DNA of 25,569 bases from a virus (taxonomy: Duplodnaviria; Caudoviricetes): positions 1 through 25,569 of IMG/VR virus record IMGVR_UViG_3300025838_000121. One strand, 5' to 3'. The number at the start of each line of letters is the position of its first letter. Position 1 is the stretch's first letter. Shown here one piece after another: positions 16,412-23,047 of this stretch. Both the position numbers and the translations under genes were made by a program. The notes under the pieces were generated by a model. The model saw only the letters and a program-made list of their open reading frames with translations, was not told the DNA's origin and ran no database searches.

Positions 16412-16606
16412 TTATTGCTGTTTTTTACGGCTTCCAATAATTATTGTTTTTACCCATTCTTTGTCGCATCTATCTAACGCTGACATTTTGGCAGCATACC
16501 TGGCATTGCAATCATCACAAGGCGATATCACCTCTCTAGCTAATTTGGCCAGCTCTACCCAGTCCCTGTAATGCTCAAAATCTCTGTAACATTTTGGATA
16601 ATTCAT
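16412..16606 (-). CDS. Small Cys-containing hypothetical protein (first leftward gene)
   Basis: YPKCY...PCDDC...RC pattern suggests metal binding. Confidence 0.6.
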   Translation of the reverse strand: MNYPKCYRDFEHYRDWVELAKLAREVISPCDDCNARYAAKMSALDRCDKEWVKTIIIGSRKKQQ

Positions 16607-16640
16607 AGATTCATCTTAAATGTTGTTTATTTATTAAATA

Positions 16641-16657
16641 CTAGGGAAAACCCCTAG
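16641..16657. promoter_or_regulatory. Palindromic operator-like site in the AT-rich divergent intergenic region
   Basis: CTAGGG-AAAAC-CCCTAG between divergent operons; TTGACA at 16667-72 nearby. Confidence 0.5.
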
Positions 16658-16712
16658 ATAATTATGTTGACAATGAATTATCATTCGTTTGCGTTAACAA
16701 AAGGAGAACGCA

Positions 16713-16817
16713 ATGACAAGATCAGAAGCCAATAAGATTCTGAGTAATTTAAAGCACGGGGCTATATATCCTTTGTATATAGTTAACCAGGCTTTGATGA
16801 CCACAGGTGACTTATGA
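16713..16817 (+). CDS. 34-aa hypothetical protein (not in ORF track)
   Basis: Strong SD AAGGAG; MTRSEANKILSNLKHGAIYPLYIVNQALMTTGDL*; ATGA overlap with the next gene. Confidence 0.72.
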   Translation: MTRSEANKILSNLKHGAIYPLYIVNQALMTTGDL

Positions 16818-17047
16818 ACGAGTTAGAGCATACAAAATCTGAACTCAAGCATCTGCAAGAGTTATTAATGGAGTATGATCTAGAACTCAAACGAAAGAAT
16901 GAGTTGCTCACTAGGTGTCACAAAGAGCCTTTATCTGATGAGCGCCTTTACCAACTGTTTAGGCACACAATGGATTGGAGACTGTTTGCTAGAGACATAG
17001 AACGTGAGCATGGAATTGGTGAGAGAGAGCAAGACTTTTTTGATTAA
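16814..17047 (+). CDS. Hypothetical protein
   Basis: Coupled start; coiled coil then PLSDE...FARDIEREHGI motif. Confidence 0.7.
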   Translation: MNELEHTKSELKHLQELLMEYDLELKRKNELLTRCHKEPLSDERLYQLFRHTMDWRLFARDIEREHGIGEREQDFFD

Positions 17048-17079
17048 CATTTTTGCCCGCAAGGGACTAAGGAGCTTCA

Positions 17080-17292
17080 ATGAGAACTGTATACAACACA
17101 GGCAAAGTCGAAATTGGCAAACAATACATCGACTATAAACAACACAAAATCACCCCTGAAGAAGAACTGATCCAGTCTTTACTGCTTGGGGACTTCAAAA
17201 CAATACAAGGTTTCTTTTACAACTTAATTCTTTGTATTTGTTACCTAGTCGCTATCGTCACGCTAATAGTCAACATGACCTATTGGTGCTGA
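17080..17292 (+). CDS. Hypothetical membrane protein
   Basis: SD TAAGGAG; YNTGKVEIG motif; C-terminal hydrophobic helix. Confidence 0.7.
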   Translation: MRTVYNTGKVEIGKQYIDYKQHKITPEEELIQSLLLGDFKTIQGFFYNLILCICYLVAIVTLIVNMTYWC

Positions 17293-17293
17293 G

Positions 17294-17491
17294 ATGAAAG
17301 CCTACCATCTAATTGAGCGAGTCCAAGAGACCGCTGAAGCCTACTATCCTCATGATTCTGGTATCTACAAGCTCAATTTTATGATTGGGCAATATCAAAG
17401 CATTATTCGCAATCTTTGTCAGACCATAGAGATTTACGAAGAACAGCTGGACAATTACAAACTTTTAGACAAATTAGGAAATGAAGAATGA
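17294..17491 (+). CDS. Hypothetical protein
   Basis: Fills the operon; ATGA overlap with the ERF gene. Confidence 0.65.
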   Translation: MKAYHLIERVQETAEAYYPHDSGIYKLNFMIGQYQSIIRNLCQTIEIYEEQLDNYKLLDKLGNEE

Positions 17492-18039
17492 AACAAATCG
17501 CAACTGCCTTGGTTAAAGCGCAAAAAGCCTTTGGCCCAGCTCTAAAGACTTCCACAAACCCACATTTCAAGTCACGCTATGCTGACCTGTCCAATTGCGT
17601 AGAAGCGGTTATAGACGCTCTAAACGACAATGGCATTTATCTGATGCAGAAGTGCTATGAAAACCAAAATGGCGTAACTGTAGAGACAATGTTTATACAT
17701 GAGTCAGGTGAGTTTGTAGAGTGTGGGATTCTTAGCGTACCGGCTACAAAGATGGACGCACAGGGTTATGGGTCAGCTCTGACTTATGCCAGGCGCTACA
17801 GTCTGATGGCTGCGTGTGGGATAGCCCCAGAAGATGACGATGGCAACAACGCATCAAGACCAAAACCATTGCTAGACGAAAAAATGATGTTAGATTACTT
17901 GGCTGCTTTGGATAGCGTAGCAAACACAGACGAGTTAATTTCTATTTACAAAACAGCATTCAACGCTGCCAAAGCCGATCCTAATTGGCAAAAGCGCATC
18001 ATTGCCAAAAAAGATGAGATGAAAGCGAGAATCAAATGA
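17488..18039 (+). CDS. erf: ERF-family single-strand annealing recombinase
   Basis: NPHFKSRYADL and QGYGSALTYARRYSL...EDDDGN signature. Confidence 0.92.
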   Translation: MKQIATALVKAQKAFGPALKTSTNPHFKSRYADLSNCVEAVIDALNDNGIYLMQKCYENQNGVTVETMFIHESGEFVECGILSVPATKMDAQGYGSALTYARRYSLMAACGIAPEDDDGNNASRPKPLLDEKMMLDYLAALDSVANTDELISIYKTAFNAAKADPNWQKRIIAKKDEMKARIK

Positions 18040-18197
18040 TTGACGATGACAACGAAGACGAAAGGCAATTTCTCAGGTTTTATGCCATGGCAGAAAATAA
18101 GTACAGGAAAAAGCTATCTAGTGCGCCTGACTGCCGAGACCCAGATCACCCTGGTTGTGAAAAATGTGATGAAGATTGGGAAGATTATGAATACTGA
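18036..18197 (+). CDS. 53-aa acidic Cys/His protein (not in ORF track)
   Basis: ATGA overlap with the erf stop; MIDDDNEDERQFLRFYAMAENKYRKKLSSAPDCRDPDHPGCEKCDEDWEDYEY*. Confidence 0.7.
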   Translation: MIDDDNEDERQFLRFYAMAENKYRKKLSSAPDCRDPDHPGCEKCDEDWEDYEY

Positions 18198-18420
18198 AGA
18201 CGAAGAATTTGCAAGATTAGACAAGAAACAAGCCGATTACTTATTGAAGTCGCTTGGATTTCCTGACCATAGAAGCCCTAAAAAGAAAGAATGGGTTAAC
18301 TTAAACAACGATGAGATTCAAGCCGTAGCTGACGAGGTACAGTTTGGTTACCACGCACATTACGACAAAGAGTTTATTGACGCTATCCAAGAAGCATTAA
18401 GGAAGAAAAATGAAACCTAA
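18187..18420 (+). CDS. Hypothetical protein
   Basis: Start reassigned to ATG 18187 (MNTEDEEF...); EWVNLNNDEI...AIQEALRKKN motif. Confidence 0.65.
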   Translation: MNTEDEEFARLDKKQADYLLKSLGFPDHRSPKKKEWVNLNNDEIQAVADEVQFGYHAHYDKEFIDAIQEALRKKNET

Positions 18421-18589
18421 AACGTACAAAGTTCTTGAAATGTGTATTGAGAACGGCATCAAGATGGGTATTGCTAGAGCATTAAAGCATGACGATAAAC
18501 CATCTACGGAGGTTATTGCGATTGCTATTAACGCAGCTATTGATTATGAAATCTGTGAATGGTTTGATTTGGACATTAAAAATGACTAA
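18410..18589 (+). CDS. 59-aa hypothetical protein (not in ORF track)
   Basis: SD TAAGGA; MKPKTYKVLEMCIENGIKMGIARALKHDDKPS...EICEWFDLDIKND*; overlaps both neighbours by 8-11 nt. Confidence 0.7.
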   Translation: MKPKTYKVLEMCIENGIKMGIARALKHDDKPSTEVIAIAINAAIDYEICEWFDLDIKND

Positions 18590-18803
18590 AGAAACATTAC
18601 AAATTGCATTAGAAGCTCTTACTGATTTTGATTACGACAAACGCATCAAGGCTATTGAAATTATCAAAAAAGCACTAGAAACAAAAGATGAGCCTGTGCA
18701 AGTATCGCCACTTGAATTTGTGACGATGGTAATGGAAAAAGAGCATTTAATTGGTAAACCAATATTCTGGTCACAATGGCCTAACAAGGAGAAAAACACA
18801 TGA
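18582..18803 (+). CDS. Hypothetical protein
   Basis: Start reassigned to ATG 18582 (MTKETLQIALEAL...); ATGA overlap with the exonuclease. Confidence 0.62.
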   Translation: MTKETLQIALEALTDFDYDKRIKAIEIIKKALETKDEPVQVSPLEFVTMVMEKEHLIGKPIFWSQWPNKEKNT

Positions 18804-19426
18804 ATGAACAACGAACAGAAGCGTGGTTTTTACAACGACTAGGCAAAGCAACTGGTTCACAAATTAGCAACATTATTGCTAAGACAAAAACAGGTTACTC
18901 TGCGAGCCGTGAAAACTACCAGGCACAATTAGTGGTTGAAAGACTTACAAACAAGCCTACAGAGGGTTTTACCAACGCAGCAATGCAATGGGGTACAGAG
19001 ACCGAACCATTGGCTAGAGCAGCCTATGAGATGGCTAGGAACGTCATGGTAGAAGAAGTCGGGTTTGTAGACCACCCAGTAGTCTATATGTCAGGGGCAA
19101 GTCCTGATGGGCTAGTGGGTGACGATGGATTGATTGAAATTAAGTGTCCCAATACAGCAACGCACATTGAGACGATCTTGACTCAGGCAGTTCCATCTAA
19201 ATACATTCCTCAAATCCAATGGCAATTAAGCTGTACTAACCGAAAGTGGTGCGACTTTGTGAGTTTTGACCCACGAATGCCTGAGAATCTGCAGCTCTAC
19301 ATACATAGGGTCGATTACAACCACGACTATGTCGAGATGCTGATAAAAGAAGTGAGTGTATTTTTAGATGAAGTTGAGAAAAAAGTTAACATTTTAAGGA
19401 ATATTGATGTCAAAAACAGTTTATGA
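18800..19426 (+). CDS. YqaJ / lambda-exonuclease-family recombination nuclease
   Basis: QRTEAWF..RLG, MQWGTETEP, GASPDGL, IEIKCP, YIPQIQWQ, CDFVSFDPR; SD AAGGAG. Confidence 0.92.
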   Translation: MNEQRTEAWFLQRLGKATGSQISNIIAKTKTGYSASRENYQAQLVVERLTNKPTEGFTNAAMQWGTETEPLARAAYEMARNVMVEEVGFVDHPVVYMSGASPDGLVGDDGLIEIKCPNTATHIETILTQAVPSKYIPQIQWQLSCTNRKWCDFVSFDPRMPENLQLYIHRVDYNHDYVEMLIKEVSVFLDEVEKKVNILRNIDVKNSL

Positions 19427-19628
19427 AATTACTACGATCACCGGCAGCTACACAAACGCCAAGGGTGAAAAGAAGAATCGTTACCAAAAACTAGGGTCAA
19501 TTATTGAGACTAAAAACGGGCTAATGATGAAATTGGATACATTGCCTATAACTGAGGAGCATTGGAACGGCTGGGCATATTTGAATGAACCTAAGCCTAG
19601 AGAAGAAAAAGACGATATCCCTTTTTAA
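19407..19628 (+). CDS. Small SSB-like protein with acidic DDIPF tail
   Basis: Beta-rich body and C-terminal DDIPF as in bacterial SSB; follows ERF/YqaJ; SD TAAGGA. Confidence 0.62.
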   Translation: MSKTVYEITTITGSYTNAKGEKKNRYQKLGSIIETKNGLMMKLDTLPITEEHWNGWAYLNEPKPREEKDDIPF

Positions 19629-19630
19629 TT

Positions 19631-19641
19631 TGTGGTATAGT
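19631..19641 (+). promoter_or_regulatory. Extended -10 promoter candidate for the packaging operon
   Basis: TGTG-G-TATAGT (TRTGn + 5/6 -10 match) in the intergenic gap. Confidence 0.5.
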
Positions 19642-19690
19642 AAAAGCGCTACAAGAGTAGTGTTTTTTGCAAAGAAACAAAGGATATATC

Positions 19691-19951
19691 ATGGGTAAAA
19701 TGGATTCTGAGAAATTTAAAACTGGTATGACAGGCGAAAAAGTGCCCGCAGGTGCTTTGAGTTCTGATACTACTGGCGAGCGTAAAATGGCTATCAAAGG
19801 CGGTGTAGGCATGGGCAAAGCTGACGGCTTGGGTCTAAGAATGGCTTCACACGCTGGTAAGATTGATGGTCGCTTGGGTGAAATGAAAGGTGGTTCTTCC
19901 GAAGCCACTTGTTATGAGCACAAGCGCTACGAGCACGCTCAAGATATGTAA
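19691..19951 (+). CDS. Hypothetical G/K/M-rich protein
   Basis: ATG 19691 with AAGGA upstream. Confidence 0.65.
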   Translation: MGKMDSEKFKTGMTGEKVPAGALSSDTTGERKMAIKGGVGMGKADGLGLRMASHAGKIDGRLGEMKGGSSEATCYEHKRYEHAQDM

Positions 19952-19956
19952 AAAGC

Positions 19957-19993
19957 GAAAACCCTAAAAGACCACGAATCTGATAGGGTTTTC
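19957..19993. promoter_or_regulatory. Intergenic 10-bp inverted repeat
   Basis: GAAAACCCTA-17 nt-TAGGGTTTTC. Confidence 0.5.
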
Positions 19994-20016
19994 TAGCCAA
20001 CACAAAGGAGGTTGTG

Positions 20017-20235
20017 ATGGATAGAGAGGATTGTAATTCATGCCACTATTTTATTGGTGGCGATGACTTAGGCCAATGCCGAAGATTCCCTACTTACCAA
20101 AATCGTCACAAAAACGAATGGTGTGGGGAATTTACTATGAAAAACGATTGTTTGGCGAGCATGGTTCAAGTTTTAACAAACCAAGTTAAGACAGAAGAAC
20201 CCAAGCGCAGAGGAAGGCCAAGACACAATGTTTAG
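20017..20235 (+). CDS. Small Cys4 protein with AT-hook-like tail
   Basis: SD AAGGAGG; CNSC...CRRFP...WCGEF; C-terminal KRRGRPR. GTG 20014 is an alternative start. Confidence 0.7.
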   Translation: MDREDCNSCHYFIGGDDLGQCRRFPTYQNRHKNEWCGEFTMKNDCLASMVQVLTNQVKTEEPKRRGRPRHNV

Positions 20236-20485
20236 ACCCTTAAGAGACCGGGTAGTTGTGAAGCCCCAAGTTCGCAATATCTCTGACATAATCTACATTA
20301 ACAATAAAGAGCCTTTCAATGAGGGCACTATTGTGGCTATCGGCCCATTGGTGGAAGATGTCCAGATCGGTGACTTCATTAAATACGGCAACGGCGATTA
20401 TCTTAACTGGCCTACTCAAAAAGTAGACGGGCAAGATTATCAAATCATTCAAGAAGCAGATATCTGCGCTGTTGTAGAGGACTAA
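20228..20485 (+). CDS. groES: GroES-like co-chaperonin
   Basis: FRPLRDRVVVK, GTIVAIGP, VQIGD, IIQEADICAVV. Confidence 0.9.
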   Translation: MFRPLRDRVVVKPQVRNISDIIYINNKEPFNEGTIVAIGPLVEDVQIGDFIKYGNGDYLNWPTQKVDGQDYQIIQEADICAVVED

Positions 20486-20487
20486 TC

Positions 20488-20658
20488 ATGTTTATGGATC
20501 AAGAAGACAAAGACTTTCGTTACCAAGTTGCCCAGTACGCTATTGAGCAAGTCGGAACTGATGACGCTGAATGGGTTGAATTGGCTGACCTGATCATGGC
20601 ATTTGTACAAGATGACATCGAGTGGGAAGATGACGAGGTCGAGGAAGATGGCGAGTAA
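20488..20658 (+). CDS. 56-aa very acidic protein (not in ORF track)
   Basis: SD GAGGA; MFMDQEDKDFRYQVAQYAIEQVGTDDAEWVELADLIMAFVQDDIEWEDDEVEEDGE*. Confidence 0.7.
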   Translation: MFMDQEDKDFRYQVAQYAIEQVGTDDAEWVELADLIMAFVQDDIEWEDDEVEEDGE

Positions 20659-20809
20659 AGGACTTTATGCCAATATTCATGCAAAGCAGCAACGCATTGC
20701 AGAAGAAAAGGCAAAAGGTGAGAAGGTAGAGCGCATGAGAAAGCCTGGAGAAAAGGGTGCGCCTACCGCTAAAGCCTTTGCTCAAAGTGCAAAAACGGCA
20801 AAAAAATGA
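20648..20809 (+). CDS. Small basic protein
   Basis: Start reassigned to ATG 20648; GLYANIHAK...MRKPGEKGAPT motif. Confidence 0.7.
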   Translation: MASKGLYANIHAKQQRIAEEKAKGEKVERMRKPGEKGAPTAKAFAQSAKTAKK

Positions 20810-21078
20810 AAAAGCACGATAAACCTATTGAACACAAAACCACAGGGTCAGGCAAAACCTACAACCCTACGGACAAAGGCGCTGGAATGACTGCCAAGGG
20901 CAGAGCTGAGTACAACGCCAAGAATGGTTCACATCTTAAAGCACCAGCCCCAAACCCCAAAACTGAGAAGGACAAGGGGCGTAAGGCTAGTTTTTGTGCA
21001 AGGATGGAGGGCGTGGTCAAAAACGCCAAAGGGCCAGCAGAACGAGCCAAAGCATCACTAAAGAACTGGAACTGTTAA
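20806..21078 (+). CDS. Small basic protein (RKASFCARM motif)
   Basis: GMTAKGRAEYN...LKAP...RKASFCARM...WNC; ATGA overlap. Confidence 0.72.
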   Translation: MKKHDKPIEHKTTGSGKTYNPTDKGAGMTAKGRAEYNAKNGSHLKAPAPNPKTEKDKGRKASFCARMEGVVKNAKGPAERAKASLKNWNC

Positions 21079-21222
21079 ATGCCACTAATCAAATCAACCA
21101 AGCCAGAAGCGTTCAAAAAGAACATCAAGACCGAAGTGGCTGCCGGTAAACCTATCAAACAAGCCGTGGCCATTGCCTACGCTGAAAAGAAAGCTGCAAC
21201 CAAAAAGAAGGAAAAGAAGTAA
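21079..21222 (+). CDS. 47-aa basic protein (not in ORF track)
   Basis: MPLIKSTKPEAFKKNIKTEVAAGKPIKQAVAIAYAEKKAATKKKEKK*; abuts both neighbours. Confidence 0.72.
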   Translation: MPLIKSTKPEAFKKNIKTEVAAGKPIKQAVAIAYAEKKAATKKKEKK

Positions 21223-21380
21223 TGTTTAAATTCGAGCACACAACCCAAGAACTAAACCTAATCATTGCAAGCCTTGAACATAAGATTAGGGATATGCAAG
21301 AGATGTTAAATAAGCTAGTCCTTGGCGCACAAGCACAAGTTCCCAAACCTGAAGATCAAGAACAAAAGCCAACAGAATGA
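21222..21380 (+). CDS. 52-aa helical protein (not in ORF track)
   Basis: TAATG overlap upstream and ATGA overlap with terS; MFKFEHTTQELNLIIASLEHKIRDMQEML... Confidence 0.68.
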   Translation: MFKFEHTTQELNLIIASLEHKIRDMQEMLNKLVLGAQAQVPKPEDQEQKPTE

Positions 21381-21772
21381 CACATCCAGGTGGCCGACCC
21401 ACACTCTATGACGAATCCTATTGCGACAAAGTCGTAGAGTTGGGTGCGCTTGGCAAATCCACAGAGCAAATAGCTAAAGAACTAGGTGTTGGGCTTAGAA
21501 CTATTTACTTATGGAGAGATACTTATCCACAGTTTCTGCAAGCCTTATCCACAGCTAAGGAATTAGAGCAAGCATGGTGGGAAGATCAATGCCAAGCGTA
21601 CATGGTTGAGACCAAAGACGGCCCTAAACTGAACGGCACATTGTGGTCTAGAAGCATGGCTGCAAGGTTTCCTAAGAAGTATCGAGACAACAGCAAGATC
21701 GAACTAACTGGGGAAGGCGGTGCGCCATTAATCCCACATATTCAGGTTAGTTTTGTAAAGCCTAATGAATGA
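21377..21772 (+). CDS. terS: Terminase small subunit
   Basis: GRPTLY, HTH (STEQIAKELGVGLRTIYLW), ELTGEGGAP tail; directly before terL. Confidence 0.85.
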   Translation: MTHPGGRPTLYDESYCDKVVELGALGKSTEQIAKELGVGLRTIYLWRDTYPQFLQALSTAKELEQAWWEDQCQAYMVETKDGPKLNGTLWSRSMAARFPKKYRDNSKIELTGEGGAPLIPHIQVSFVKPNE

Positions 21773-23045
21773 AGTCCAGCAAGCGATAAGCAAGGCAGAG
21801 TTTCCTGAGAAGCTCTCATGCCTATTCAACCCTGTCAAATCTAGATACAGAACGCTCTATGGCGGTCGTGGTGCAGGCAAATCACACGGGGTAGCCAAAG
21901 CCTTGTTGATCAAAGGTGCGATGGCCACGCTAAGGGTATTGTGTGCCAGGGAGTATCAGACATCCATTAGAGACTCAGTCCACAAGTTACTGTGCGACCA
22001 AATTGAGTTGTTGGGTTTGTCAACATTTTATGAAATAACCCAGAACTCTATACGAGGTAAGAATGGTACAGAATTCTTCTTTGTGGGTCTGAAAAATAAC
22101 ATTGCTAACGTAAAATCAGTCGAAGGAGTTGATATTTGTTGGTGCGAAGAAGCGCAGACAATTAGTCGATTCTCTTGGAACACATTGATACCTACGATTC
22201 GTAAAGAGGATTCTGAAATATGGATCACTTTTAACCCAGAATTGGAGACTGATGAGACGTATCAGAGATTCATTCTCAATCCCCCTGAAAATTCCGTAGT
22301 GGCTAAGGTCAACTGGTCTGACAATCCTTGGTTTCCAGAGACACTAAGATTAGAGAAAGATTCGCTAAGAGCTAGAGACCCAGAAGCCTACAACACAGTC
22401 TGGGAAGGTTTATGTAGGCAAACAGTAGATGGCGCTATCTTTGCCAAAGAGATGCAAATGGCCGAATTAGATGGGCGTATTACCAAAGTTCCATACGATG
22501 CCACAAAGCCCGTACACGCTATTTTTGACTTAGGATGGTCTGATGCTACGGCTGTATGGTTTTTACAGTTTGTGGGCATGGAAAACAGGCTTGTACGCTA
22601 TTTTGAGACTAACCAAGAGACAATGACTAGTATTCTTAATAAGATGCAAGGATTTGGTTATTTATACGATACTTTGTGGTTACCACACGATGCCGAGAAC
22701 AAAACATTGGCTGGAAACGGCAGAAGTATAGAAGAAATTGTTAGAAATTTAGGATATAAGACTAGAATAGTACCTAAAGTACCAATTGTTGACTCAATTA
22801 ACGCTGCTAGGACTATTTTTAGCAACTGTTACTTTGATCGAGAAAACTGCCATCAAGGGTTGGAAGCTCTCCGGCACTATCGCTATGAGGTTGATCCTGA
22901 GACTGGAATGTTTAGTAAAACACCACTTCACGACCAATATAGTCATGGTGCTGATGCTTTTAGGTACATTGGACTGATGATAAGCGAACCTAAGAAAAGT
23001 GTTAGAAAAGCACCTCAAATTGTTCAATCTTCTTGGATGGGTTAA
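21765..23045 (+). CDS. terL: Terminase large subunit (PBSX/Terminase_3-like)
   Basis: Walker A GGRGAGKS, Walker B WCEEA, TFNP, nuclease DLGWSD and HGADAFRY. Confidence 0.95.
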   Translation: MNEVQQAISKAEFPEKLSCLFNPVKSRYRTLYGGRGAGKSHGVAKALLIKGAMATLRVLCAREYQTSIRDSVHKLLCDQIELLGLSTFYEITQNSIRGKNGTEFFFVGLKNNIANVKSVEGVDICWCEEAQTISRFSWNTLIPTIRKEDSEIWITFNPELETDETYQRFILNPPENSVVAKVNWSDNPWFPETLRLEKDSLRARDPEAYNTVWEGLCRQTVDGAIFAKEMQMAELDGRITKVPYDATKPVHAIFDLGWSDATAVWFLQFVGMENRLVRYFETNQETMTSILNKMQGFGYLYDTLWLPHDAENKTLAGNGRSIEEIVRNLGYKTRIVPKVPIVDSINAARTIFSNCYFDRENCHQGLEALRHYRYEVDPETGMFSKTPLHDQYSHGADAFRYIGLMISEPKKSVRKAPQIVQSSWMG

Positions 23046-23047
23046 AT

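Noticed and set aside
16323-16571. 82-aa plus-strand ORF
   Set aside because: Starts within the hairpin, is antisense to a better ORF and has no RBS.
17044-17066. boxA/boxB-like nut site (TTAACA...CCC-GCAA-GGG)
   Set aside because: Only a 3-bp stem and a partial boxA match; no N-like gene recognised.
18040-18581. Long starts at 18040 and 18489 given in the ORF track (also 20603)
   Set aside because: Those stretches are better explained by separate coupled small genes in other frames.
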